Below, piece by piece: positions 18,241-29,682 of a stretch of 64,000 bases of DNA. The DNA is from Minisyncoccota bacterium (GTDB taxonomy: Bacteria > Patescibacteriota > Minisyncoccia > Phycocordibacterales > SW-6-46-9). The stretch is taken from contig JBBDUG010000033.1 in NCBI GenBank assembly GCA_040904025.1, positions 365-64,364 on the forward strand, in the 5' to 3' direction. The notes beneath the pieces were generated by a model. That model saw nothing but the letters and a program-made list of their open reading frames with translations, made no database searches and had not been told where the DNA came from. Each line of letters opens with the position of its first letter. Positions within the stretch are counted from its first letter, which is position 1. The position numbers were made by a program, and so were the translations under genes.

Positions 18241-18270
18241 AAAAAACACCCGGTCTCCCGGGTGTTTTTA
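18241..18270. terminator. Bidirectional intrinsic terminator
   Basis: AAAAAA-cacccgg-tctc-ccgggtg-TTTTTA. It is a perfect hairpin with an A-run upstream and a T-run downstream. It serves the minus-strand gene ending at 18283. Confidence 0.75.
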
Positions 18271-18282
18271 GTTTCAATAATA

Positions 18283-19320
18283 TTACCCTTTCACGAGATA
18301 TTTTCCATCATCTCGTTTCTCAAAGAGGTCGGCGTCTTGGAGATTAACCACCACTGTATTTGGCTTCACGTATCGTTCCTTAAGAACACGATCAACAATT
18401 TCATCGCGTGTCATTGGACCTTCCTGCTTAAGAATTTGTCGAATCACATCCTTTACAACTCCCTCCATATACCCCCATGTCTTGAGAGCATAGAGTCCAC
18501 GTCCAACGAGTACGAAGCGGTTATCTTTAATGAGTTCGTTGTGTGTAGTTGCAACATGTGCACTCTTATCAAAGAGTTCTTCTATTTTCTTTGTAACTTC
18601 AGTGAAGTGCATAGGAGATCCGTGTTGACGGATAACAAGGTAGGCATAGTCACGCACACCCTTTACCCGAACATTCGGGCTGTCAGCAAGTCCCCATTCA
18701 CCTAGAGGGTTTCGATCTACAACCTTCGATAGACGGAGCCATCGCTTTACAATTTCATCATCATTTAGATGACGATCAGGAGCTGATTCTCCATTCACTC
18801 GATCGCGGAACCAGTCGATAATCTCTTTTTCTGATACAAGATCTTCAGGTCCAAGCAGGTCATGAATAGTATGAAGGGCTTCTTTAACAGCTTCGTGCAC
18901 AACCTTATCTACAAACCAACGGTGTGTGAAGTGTCGGTCTTCTTTTTCATATTCAAATTGCTCTCCAAGTCGGAGAAGAAGATAGACATGATTCTGTACA
19001 TCGCGCTTCTGTGATATACGTCCAAGAAGTTCTGATTCAGGAACGACAATACCAAGCTCGTGTACAAATTCACGGAGTTCTGTAAGGGAATCATTATGCT
19101 CCTTGAGAGTCTCTGACTCTGCAAGTTTATTAAGTGAATGATTCTCAATCTGACGTACACGCTCACGTGTAATGTCATATATATTTCCAATCGCTTCAAG
19201 TGTCATGATCTCATCGGCTTCAAGTCCAAAGCGCTTAACGATAATATCTTGAGCACGCTCAGGGAGTTCTGAGATCAGACGCTTGGTGATTTGTTTTGGA
19301 TTAAACTTCAAAGCAGTCAT
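18283..19320 (-). CDS. DNA-binding protein combining an N-terminal sigma-70 region-4-like HTH with a C-terminal HARE-HTH (RNAP delta-subunit-like) domain
   Basis: N-terminal DIIVKRFGLEADEIMTLEAIGNIYDITRERVRQIENHSLNKL resembles the sigma region 4.2 consensus. C-terminal PMHFTEVTKKI ... FVLVGRGLYALKTWGY resembles the HARE-HTH of RpoE/delta. Confidence 0.5.
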   Translation of the reverse strand: MTALKFNPKQITKRLISELPERAQDIIVKRFGLEADEIMTLEAIGNIYDITRERVRQIENHSLNKLAESETLKEHNDSLTELREFVHELGIVVPESELLGRISQKRDVQNHVYLLLRLGEQFEYEKEDRHFTHRWFVDKVVHEAVKEALHTIHDLLGPEDLVSEKEIIDWFRDRVNGESAPDRHLNDDEIVKRWLRLSKVVDRNPLGEWGLADSPNVRVKGVRDYAYLVIRQHGSPMHFTEVTKKIEELFDKSAHVATTHNELIKDNRFVLVGRGLYALKTWGYMEGVVKDVIRQILKQEGPMTRDEIVDRVLKERYVKPNTVVVNLQDADLFEKRDDGKYLVKG

Positions 19321-19480
19321 GTGTATGCTGTTTAATAGAAGCCCTTCTGTCTAGAAAAGCAAATTAATAATATATCAGAATTAGATGATTGTCAATCTTT
19401 TATGCTGCAGAAAGTGTCCCGCACCTTTTCTTCTGTGGAAGGCATAGTACCCGAACATACACCTACCGTCAAATACCTGT

Positions 19481-22342
19481 TTACTTTGTTACAAAGTTCA
19501 CAAGACGATCAGGAACAACGATCACTTTTTCAACTTCTCTCCCCTCTAGACGCTGCTGAACTTCCTCTTCGGTGTGTGCTTTTTCTTTTAATTCATCCCT
19601 TGTGAGTCCAGAAGAAATAGAGAAGGAATGTCGAACCTTACCGTCTATTTGAACAACTATTGTAACTTCCTTTTCTTCTAAAAGATGTTGGTCATATTCT
19701 GGCCATGCTTCAAGATGAATTGATCCGTCTCCATCATATGTATGCCACAGCTCTTCTGTGAGATGAGAAGCGAAGGGTGCCAATACACGCAAGAAGGTTT
19801 TTATCTGATCTCTACCTATTTTCTTTTCTTCTTCCACAGCCTTCACAAAGATCATCATTTGAGACACAGCGGTATTAAACTTGAAGGCGATAATATCATT
19901 CCCAACTTTCTTTATCGTTGTGTGTAATTCGATATCAAGAGCTTGATTATCTTCATCCTGAATATAATCAGATAGACCCCAAACCCGCTCAAGGAAACGT
20001 CGCGCCCCCACCATATTATCTGTACTCCAGGCGATAGTGTTTTCAAATGGTCCCATAAACATCTCATATACACGAAGAGTGTCAGCGCCCACTTGTTCCA
20101 CAATATCGTCTGGATTAACAACGTTGCCAAAACGCTTACTCATTTTTCGTCCATCTGCTGCCTGTATCAACCCCACTGAATGAAGTTCTGTAAATGGCTC
20201 GTTTGTACTCACAACACCAATGTCGTACAAAAACTTGTGCCAAAATCGTGCATAGATCAAGTGACGCGTAGCGTGCTCTGCTCCACCGACATATACATCC
20301 ACAGGAGACCAATACTGCTCTTTTGAGGGATCGACAAACTCTGATTCATTACGCGGATCCATATATCGCAGATAATACCAACACGATCCTGCCCACTGAG
20401 GCATAGTATTTGTCTCTCGCTTCCCTTCTCCTCCACATTCCGGACACGTTGTATTCACCCACTCTTTTATATCTGCAAGTGGTGATTCTCCGGTACCTGT
20501 CGGTTCGTACGCTTCTACCTCGGGTAAGGTGACAGGAAGTTCATTCTCCGGTACTGGAACGACCCCACACTCTTCACAATGTATGAGAGGAATAGGTTCT
20601 CCCCAGTATCGCTGCCGAGAAAAAACCCAATCCTGAAGACGATAATTTACATTCTTCTTTCCATATTTTTCTGTAATCTTTTCTGCCGCTTCATCACTTT
20701 TAAGATTAGAGAAGTCCTCAGAGTCTACAAGTCTCCCCTTTTCGGTAACGATCTCCTTACCTAGATACATCCTTAGAATATGCTGCTCATCGATAAATTC
20801 ATCGTCTTCTGCGGTAAGTCTTAAAGCATCCTCAGGAGAATGCCATTCGTATTCAAAGGAAACTTCGTATTCTTCCGGGCTGGGCTCACATTCTTCACAA
20901 TCCTCAAACCACAATTCAAATGCCTTTTTATGTCGTATAAAATCATCCCGAGATGAGTCTTTTGGATTCAATGAACCACTGTGATATGAATATGTATTAG
21001 CTACTTCCGCACCAGCAGAAGCAAATCTATATCCCACCTCTTCTTCTATTTCTCGAATCAGTCCTTCTTCCCATGTCTCACCCTCATCAAGAGTACCTCC
21101 GGGAAGCCGATAGGTCGATGTCCTACTTAAATGTGCAATCTGTAGAAGAATCTTGTTATCTTTCTTTCTGCGAATAATACCATATGAACCACGTACAGGA
21201 ATCAGATCATCTTTATTTCCCGAAAACCACGGCATTTCATATTCCTTAGCAATAACCTGACGTATAGGAAGATTAAATTTCTGCGCAAATTCATGGTCGC
21301 GCTCATCATGAGCAGGTACTGCCATAATTGCACCCGTACCATATCCCCCCAACACATAATCAGCGACCCACACAGGGATCTCTTCGCCCGTAGCGGGATG
21401 AATTGCTTTGATACCAGTATCTACCCCAGTTTTCTCTTTTTCTTCGTTTGCGCGCTCTATTTCACTCTTTGAGAGAGATTTATCAACATACTCCTCTATA
21501 GCAGAATCAGCCTTCCACCCTTTATCAATCCATTCCCGTGCTTTTTCAGGAGAGACAACAAGAAAAGTTACGCCGAAGAATGTATCAGGTCGGGTGGTAA
21601 ATACCTCCACGTTATGCTGGCCATCGATCCCCTTGAGTTCAAATACAAAAGAGGTTCCCTCTTTCTTCCCTATCCAATTCCGTTGCATTTCCTTTATATT
21701 ATCCGGCCATTTAGGAAGCTCTTTCAGGTCCTCAAGAAGTCTGTCCGCATAGTCAGTGATACGCAACATCCACTGACGTATAGGGCGTTTTTCGATCTCG
21801 CTTCCACATCTCTCACACACACCCCCTTCAAGATCCTCATTAGCGAGCCCTGTCCTACAGGAGGGACACCAATTAATCGGTGCATGAGATTCATATGCAA
21901 GCCCTTTTTTAAATAACTGAAGAAAAATCCACTGCGTCCATTTATAATATTCGGGGTCTGTTGTATTAATTTCTCGGTCCCAATCATAATCAAATCCAAT
22001 GTTCTCAAGCTGTTCTTTGTATCGTGCAATATTTTTTTCTACCGCCTTTCGCGGATGAACTTGATTTTTAATAGCATAATTTTCTGCCGGCAAGCCAAAT
22101 GCATCCCACCCCATAGGGTGAAGCACCTGGTGTCCTTTCATACGCATGTGACGCGAATACACATCAGTCGCTATGTACCCTTTCGGATGTCCGACATGAA
22201 GCCCCTTTCCAGATGGATATGGAAACATATCGAGAATATAACTTTTGGGTTTATCTGAATCTTCTTCTGATTTATAGATATCTTCTTTTGCCCAAAATTC
22301 TCGCCACTTCTTCTCTATTTTTTTGTGATCATACTCTGCCAT
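19481..22342 (-). CDS. leuS: Leucyl-tRNA synthetase with a Nudix-hydrolase domain of about 140 aa inserted between the AHDERD/VIA segment and the KVNYRLQDW segment
   Basis: HIGH (HVGHPKGY), AHDERD, KMSKR. The insertion at about aa 375-535 contains a canonical Nudix box GTLDEGETWEEGLIREIEEEVGY (Gx5Ex7REUxEExGU). Confidence 0.9.
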   Translation of the reverse strand: MAEYDHKKIEKKWREFWAKEDIYKSEEDSDKPKSYILDMFPYPSGKGLHVGHPKGYIATDVYSRHMRMKGHQVLHPMGWDAFGLPAENYAIKNQVHPRKAVEKNIARYKEQLENIGFDYDWDREINTTDPEYYKWTQWIFLQLFKKGLAYESHAPINWCPSCRTGLANEDLEGGVCERCGSEIEKRPIRQWMLRITDYADRLLEDLKELPKWPDNIKEMQRNWIGKKEGTSFVFELKGIDGQHNVEVFTTRPDTFFGVTFLVVSPEKAREWIDKGWKADSAIEEYVDKSLSKSEIERANEEKEKTGVDTGIKAIHPATGEEIPVWVADYVLGGYGTGAIMAVPAHDERDHEFAQKFNLPIRQVIAKEYEMPWFSGNKDDLIPVRGSYGIIRRKKDNKILLQIAHLSRTSTYRLPGGTLDEGETWEEGLIREIEEEVGYRFASAGAEVANTYSYHSGSLNPKDSSRDDFIRHKKAFELWFEDCEECEPSPEEYEVSFEYEWHSPEDALRLTAEDDEFIDEQHILRMYLGKEIVTEKGRLVDSEDFSNLKSDEAAEKITEKYGKKNVNYRLQDWVFSRQRYWGEPIPLIHCEECGVVPVPENELPVTLPEVEAYEPTGTGESPLADIKEWVNTTCPECGGEGKRETNTMPQWAGSCWYYLRYMDPRNESEFVDPSKEQYWSPVDVYVGGAEHATRHLIYARFWHKFLYDIGVVSTNEPFTELHSVGLIQAADGRKMSKRFGNVVNPDDIVEQVGADTLRVYEMFMGPFENTIAWSTDNMVGARRFLERVWGLSDYIQDEDNQALDIELHTTIKKVGNDIIAFKFNTAVSQMMIFVKAVEEEKKIGRDQIKTFLRVLAPFASHLTEELWHTYDGDGSIHLEAWPEYDQHLLEEKEVTIVVQIDGKVRHSFSISSGLTRDELKEKAHTEEEVQQRLEGREVEKVIVVPDRLVNFVTK

Positions 22343-22657
22343 GTCTCTCCATCCTATGGGATTTTTGAATAAGGTTCAATACGAAAAAGAATATGATAGG
22401 ATACAAACAGCCCGTCGATGCGTTCCATTAGCTTCAAAAAGGTCATGGGGTAGCACTTCACATATTCGCCACCATTTCTCTCGTTATCTCCATCCGCTAT
22501 ACCATTCTGTTCCAAAGGGTATCTAGTGGGAGATACACAAGCTCTGTTGCAACACATGCACAGGCTCTCTCACTCTTCTGGTGGATATTAACTACAGCCC
22601 TCTTCTTGGGTGTTTTTGCGCACCACCTCACCACATAACGGCTTCGGCCGTTTTTTT

Positions 22658-23185
22658 TTAATCGGAGAATTTTCGTATTCCAACAAATATCAATATAGCA
22701 AGTGCAATTGCAAGAATGAGGAGACGAATAATATCATCCGCTGAACCCCAATAGCGCATTGAAGCAATCACAAGTGAAAGTGCTCCACCGTATGAGAGTC
22801 CGAGAGAAACGACAGCGGGGATGGAGAGGAGTATCCCAAGAAGAAGTGACGCAACACCAAGCAGAAGAAGAGCTATGAAGGCATTACGACTGTGGACATC
22901 CCGTGCATCCTCATATGCCTCGCGACAATAAAAACTGGTATCGCAGTATCCGGACCTCTCTCCTTCAAGTACAACAGGGCGTGGATACTCTCCTGAGGCA
23001 GTCCACTTTCCACCCTCGTCAGTACACATTTCCTCAGTTGAAATATCTTTTGTTGGCATTTCATTACAAAAATCTCCCCATTCTGGTGAAGGATAGAATA
23101 CAGAGAGTCCATAATTAAAGAAGAGATTGAGTACAATTATAATACCTCCTGCAAGTGCCCATTTTAATAGTTTTTTCTCATTCAT
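22658..23185 (-). CDS. Cys-rich membrane protein (N-terminal TM helix, Cys-rich extracytoplasmic segment of about 60 aa, two C-terminal TM helices)
   Basis: Hydropathy pattern and 6 Cys in the central segment. No known motif. Confidence 0.4.
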   Translation of the reverse strand: MNEKKLLKWALAGGIIIVLNLFFNYGLSVFYPSPEWGDFCNEMPTKDISTEEMCTDEGGKWTASGEYPRPVVLEGERSGYCDTSFYCREAYEDARDVHSRNAFIALLLLGVASLLLGILLSIPAVVSLGLSYGGALSLVIASMRYWGSADDIIRLLILAIALAILIFVGIRKFSD

Positions 23186-23187
23186 AT

Positions 23188-24288
23188 TTATATCTTAAAT
23201 TCTATCACGTCTCCATCGATAACAATATACTCTTTTCCCTCTGTTCGTATCCACCCTTTATCACGCGCCGTGGCGCGTGACCCTGCTTCAAGTAATTTTT
23301 CCCACGAGATAACATCGGCACGTATAAATTTATCTTGAAAATCAGAATGAATTGCAACTCCCGCCTCAGGAGCGCTAGAATCCCGTTCTATTGTCCATGC
23401 ACGACTTTCTTTCTCTCCAGTCGTGAAGAATGTTATAAGTCCTAAGAGATCGTAGGCTGCAACAATTAGATGATTGATACCACCATCCCCCTCAAGCCCA
23501 GCATCTTCTCGAAAGGTTTGTTTTTCCTCATGAGACATCTCGCGTATCTCCCCTTCAAAGCCGGCATCAACTACAACAAAGGAACCTTCTGTCTCATCAA
23601 AATATGACATGAGTTTCTCCCACCGCTCGTCTTTTATTTCATCTAAGTTCCGTGCCCCCACTTTCTTGTTCAATACATATAACACCCGCTTTGCGGTGAG
23701 AAGATGGAGGTTTCCAACAATCTCTTCTTCATCTTCCGTGAGATTCATATTCGATACAAGTTTTTCATCTTCAAGCCATTCTTCTACTGATTGCAATACA
23801 TCATCTTCTCGAACCGCACCCTTATCACCACGCTTAAGATCTTTCTCAAGTCCCACGCGATATTTCTTTACCGTCGCAAGATCAGCAAATATGAGTTCAA
23901 GGTTAATTATCTCAATATCATGTAATGGATCGATACGACCATCTACATGTGCAATATCATCATCTTCAAAAATACGTGTAACATGCGCAATGGCATCAAC
24001 TTCGCGAATATTTGAAAGAAATTTATTTCCCAACCCCTCTCCTTCAGCCGCCCCTTTTACAAGTCCGGCAATATCAACAAACTCAACAACAGCAGGAATG
24101 GTTTCTGCTGAACTTGAGAGCTGCGAGAGTTTTCCGAGTCGATCATCGGGAACGGGAACAATCCCCACTGACGGATCGATCGTACAGAAGGGATAGTTTT
24201 CCGCGGATACTGATTTGTTGGTAAGGGCGTTAAAGAGTGTAGATTTACCAACATTTGGTAATCCTACAATGCCGACTGATATATTCAT
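23188..24288 (-). CDS. ychF: Ribosome-binding ATPase YchF (Obg-family GTPase)
   Basis: GIVGLPNVGKSTLFNALT P-loop, a 366-aa protein, C-terminal TGS-like region. Confidence 0.85.
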   Translation of the reverse strand: MNISVGIVGLPNVGKSTLFNALTNKSVSAENYPFCTIDPSVGIVPVPDDRLGKLSQLSSSAETIPAVVEFVDIAGLVKGAAEGEGLGNKFLSNIREVDAIAHVTRIFEDDDIAHVDGRIDPLHDIEIINLELIFADLATVKKYRVGLEKDLKRGDKGAVREDDVLQSVEEWLEDEKLVSNMNLTEDEEEIVGNLHLLTAKRVLYVLNKKVGARNLDEIKDERWEKLMSYFDETEGSFVVVDAGFEGEIREMSHEEKQTFREDAGLEGDGGINHLIVAAYDLLGLITFFTTGEKESRAWTIERDSSAPEAGVAIHSDFQDKFIRADVISWEKLLEAGSRATARDKGWIRTEGKEYIVIDGDVIEFKI

Positions 24289-24293
24289 ATAAT

Positions 24294-24545
24294 CTATTCT
24301 TGAGCAAGCTTCTGTAACTCTGCCTGATATTTCCGCATTACCTCCATCGTAGCTGCCATTTCACCTTTGCCGTCTTTTTGTTTCGCCTTTATCTCCTTTT
24401 GGATTTTTTCAAAAAGCTCAGGGTTCTTCTCCATCATCCCAAGAATCATATCCTTTTGGGATTGAGGTACTCCCTTTTTGTCCATCATTTTCTTCAGAGC
24501 AAATCCCTGTGCTTTTCGTTTGAATTTCTTGAATACCATACGCAC
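24294..24545 (-). CDS. Small Lys-rich hypothetical protein
   Basis: An 83-aa ORF only 6 nt downstream of ychF. No motif. Confidence 0.3.
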   Translation of the reverse strand: MRMVFKKFKRKAQGFALKKMMDKKGVPQSQKDMILGMMEKNPELFEKIQKEIKAKQKDGKGEMAATMEVMRKYQAELQKLAQE

Positions 24546-24592
24546 AACACTCTACCACATCTAGACAAAGAAAAAACACCCTCGAGGGGTGC

Positions 24593-25141
24593 TTATAAAG
24601 AATAGTAGACAAATTTCTCTGACTTGGTGTCATACTGGAACTCAGATGTAACCTTTTTCCTTTTTCCATTTCTCAGGATCTCCTGTGTCCTGATTTGGAT
24701 ACATCCCCTTGCAAGAGCTAGAAATCGAATCTGCCAACCACGCTCGCCACAATCTTCGAATCCAAATCCAAACACAAGCTCAACGTGCTCGGGATGTTCA
24801 TAGAATAGGTTTCGAACTCGTCGTTCGAGTGCTTGCTTCTTTCCTTCCACAAGCTTTTTAACCCTCTCGTTAGAGAAAGTTCCTCGTGAGAGGATGAGTA
24901 TTTTCTCCTGGCTTATCTTCTCTAATGATGAAGATCCATCACAGATACGAGAGCCCGAAGCTATCCACACCCTTGAGATTGTAGCCTGAAAGTGGCTAGG
25001 GGCATTAAAGCAGCGAGCAATTGTCTTCTGCTTTGACCCCGGACTCTCTTGGTAGAGGGGGAAATGCCCCTTTTTGACTAAAATGTTATCTTCTGTGTTT
25101 GTGGGAGAAACAAACCAAGCTTGGTACAGCTGATTGTCCAT
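24593..25141 (-). CDS. Hypothetical protein (182 aa)
   Basis: ORF in operon context between gyrB and ychF. No recognised motif. Confidence 0.35.
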   Translation of the reverse strand: MDNQLYQAWFVSPTNTEDNILVKKGHFPLYQESPGSKQKTIARCFNAPSHFQATISRVWIASGSRICDGSSSLEKISQEKILILSRGTFSNERVKKLVEGKKQALERRVRNLFYEHPEHVELVFGFGFEDCGERGWQIRFLALARGCIQIRTQEILRNGKRKKVTSEFQYDTKSEKFVYYSL

Positions 25142-25205
25142 ACGTCCTCCAATTGCTTTCTACTGTTGAATAACTAAGGCCACAAAAACCCTACCATGTA
25201 CAGCA

Positions 25206-27287
<2,082 letters not shown>

Positions 27288-27439
27288 CTACAGTATAGCA
27301 AAGAAATACCCATTTATTAAGCGAAAATCGTACTTTTTCATGGGGATAAAAATGGTCAATTTCTTGACTCTATATAGTATCTCCTTCTAGTATAGGAGGT
27401 GGACACAGCTTCATCATCTTAAATAGAGACTCGAGTACT

Positions 27440-27769
27440 ATGGAGACAGCTACAGACAGTTCTTTAGGGAGAAGGGTATTTATCGGAACACCAGGATTCA
27501 TCACCCCAATTCTTGCGGCGAAATTCCTGCCGACAGTAGAGGTTGCACTCGCATCAATCTTGGTCATTTGGATTGGAGGTACTCTCCTCTGCGTCTTCTA
27601 CAACGGGATGGCGGGGGAGTCGACCTTTTTCTCTGAATACAACATCAAAGAAAAGAGTGTATTTCACAAGCCTCTAAGACCGGATATTAAGACTGTTATC
27701 TTGAGTCTTTTTATCGGGACATGCTTTGCCCTCCCCACAACCATCTTATTCTTCCCGGGATCATACTAA
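27440..27769 (+). CDS. Small membrane protein (109 aa) with its own terminator
   Basis: Two or three hydrophobic helices. A plus-strand hairpin terminator follows immediately. Confidence 0.4.
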   Translation: METATDSSLGRRVFIGTPGFITPILAAKFLPTVEVALASILVIWIGGTLLCVFYNGMAGESTFFSEYNIKEKSVFHKPLRPDIKTVILSLFIGTCFALPTTILFFPGSY

Positions 27770-27787
27770 TCTTTCTGACTAATATAC

Positions 27788-27813
27788 GGTACACCGAAAG
27801 GTGTACCTTTTTC
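27788..27813 (+). terminator. Intrinsic terminator
   Basis: ggtacacc-gaaa-ggtgtacc followed by TTTTTC. Confidence 0.65.
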
Positions 27814-29681
27814 TATCGTGTCTCCCATCCCTCTTTCTCCTCAAGAGAACCATAGACATCATCCATGATGTCATTCACCTCTTCATCAGAGAGTGTCTTC
27901 TCAGGAGATTGAAAGACAAGATTGAATGCATATGATATTCGTCCGTCTTTTTCATATTCATCAAAGCGGGACAAGCGAACAAGCATCTCTCCCGCCTTCT
28001 CTTCAATCACATCTCGAACCACTTCTTCATCAACATCTACAGGCACCCACACAGCAACGTCACGTAATACAAATGGATACGGTGAGATGGGGGTAAAGGA
28101 AAAAGATTCATCTTCGATTTCAGCAAGATCAGCGTCTTCAGGATCAGGGAGTGTCTCGAATATTTCTTCAAGATCAATCTCCCACACACCACCAGATATC
28201 TCACCATCAACATCAAATCCAGCTTCTTTCAACACAGTGACCGCCTGTTCAACAGGCTCATCATCTGATGCACCAATAGCAAGTGCCGGATACTCTCGAT
28301 CATTTTCAAACACTGTCCCTATCTCAAACATCTTTAAGGAGCCCTCTCCGAGAATTGGCTCCCATCGCATATTATCCTCAAGTGCCTCTCGTATCCCATC
28401 GGAAAGATTTGTACGTAAAAAACCCTTGTCACTAGCAATTTTATTTTTCACTTCAATTTCTCCTTCATTTCTGAAGGTATATAAATATACCTCACTGAAT
28501 CCCGCTTCAACTAAAATGTCTCGTATATGCTCTTTGTAGTAATGAGTCTTTGAAATATTACCTTCTTCTTTTGTTGGCACAACAGATTCAATACGATCAT
28601 ACCCATATATTCGACCAATTTCCTCCATCACATCAGCGGGAAGAGAGATGTCTGTACGCCAGAATGGGGCAGAGACAACAAATCCGTCTCCCATTGAGAG
28701 AACATTGAATTGCAAGCGGGTAAGGATATCTTCTACCTCTTCCTCGGAGATATCTGTCCCGAGAAGTGAGTTGACCTCCTCAATCGAGAAGGAGACAGAG
28801 ATCGGCTCTTGTGGAGAAGGGTACAAATCAACAACAGTGGAAGACTCTCCACCAGCGATATCTTTAACAAGACTACTAAGACGGCCCATAGCCGATGCAG
28901 CTAGAACTGCAGGGACATTATTCTCAAATCGTTTTGATGCATCGGTGCGTAAATTAAGTTTCTGGGATGCCCTACGAATAATGGTGGGGTTAAAACTGCA
29001 GGAAGAAAGGAGAACACGGGTTGTATTCTCATCTATCCCTGATGTTTCTCCCCCTTTTATTCCCGCAACATCAAGCGCCTTCTCATCATCGGCGATAACG
29101 GGGATGGAGGAATCGAGTGTATACTCCTTCTCATCGAGAAGTTTAATTGTCTCTCCATCCTTGGCAAAACGAATCTTAATCTCCTTTGCTCCCTCCCCCG
29201 CTACTTTGTCATAGTCAAAGGCATGCACTGGTTGCCCAGTCTCCAGCATGACAAAGTTGGTAATATCAACAATATTATTAATACTCCGCTGTCCAACAGA
29301 TGCCAACCGCTCGACAAGCCAATCAGGTGAAGCGCCCACAGTTATCCCCGAGATAACACACTTGAGTGCACGACGTGCAATACTTTCATCAACAGAAAGT
29401 GAGACAAGTTCATTATCACCACGTCCATCTACCTCATCTCCCTCTGGGAGAACCATCTTCACATCAACCAAAGTCGCAATCTCTCGTGCTATCCCAATAT
29501 GCGAAAGAGAGTCGGAAGCACGATTAGGAAGTATATCCAGATCAAATATGACATCATCACCCCTCTCTTCGATCCCTTCGACTTCGTATGAATGTCGATT
29601 CAACAAAGAAGCTAGCTCTTGAGGATCAGGTAAAGATTCAGAATCGAGATAGGTTGTAAGCCAATTAAGTGAAACGAGCAT
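27813..29681 (-). CDS. pheT: Phenylalanyl-tRNA synthetase beta subunit (short form)
   Basis: The start at MLVSLNWLTTYLD is typical of PheT. B3/B4, B5 and the C-terminal anticodon-binding-like region are present. The longer ORF-track start would overlap pheS by 131 nt. Confidence 0.8.
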   Translation of the reverse strand: MLVSLNWLTTYLDSESLPDPQELASLLNRHSYEVEGIEERGDDVIFDLDILPNRASDSLSHIGIAREIATLVDVKMVLPEGDEVDGRGDNELVSLSVDESIARRALKCVISGITVGASPDWLVERLASVGQRSINNIVDITNFVMLETGQPVHAFDYDKVAGEGAKEIKIRFAKDGETIKLLDEKEYTLDSSIPVIADDEKALDVAGIKGGETSGIDENTTRVLLSSCSFNPTIIRRASQKLNLRTDASKRFENNVPAVLAASAMGRLSSLVKDIAGGESSTVVDLYPSPQEPISVSFSIEEVNSLLGTDISEEEVEDILTRLQFNVLSMGDGFVVSAPFWRTDISLPADVMEEIGRIYGYDRIESVVPTKEEGNISKTHYYKEHIRDILVEAGFSEVYLYTFRNEGEIEVKNKIASDKGFLRTNLSDGIREALEDNMRWEPILGEGSLKMFEIGTVFENDREYPALAIGASDDEPVEQAVTVLKEAGFDVDGEISGGVWEIDLEEIFETLPDPEDADLAEIEDESFSFTPISPYPFVLRDVAVWVPVDVDEEVVRDVIEEKAGEMLVRLSRFDEYEKDGRISYAFNLVFQSPEKTLSDEEVNDIMDDVYGSLEEKEGWETR

Positions 29682-29682
29682 A

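Noticed and set aside
22343-22657. T-box riboswitch in the leuS leader
   Set aside because: The leader contains GGTGG but no AANNNGGGTGGNACCGCG T-box consensus and no recognisable specifier-loop arrangement by eye.
22343-22657. RNase P RNA (ACAUAACGGCUU resembles the CR-V ACAGAACCCGGCUUA motif)
   Set aside because: There is no AGGAAAGUCCGGGC (P4) motif anywhere in the region. The similar segment is simply part of a terminator hairpin.
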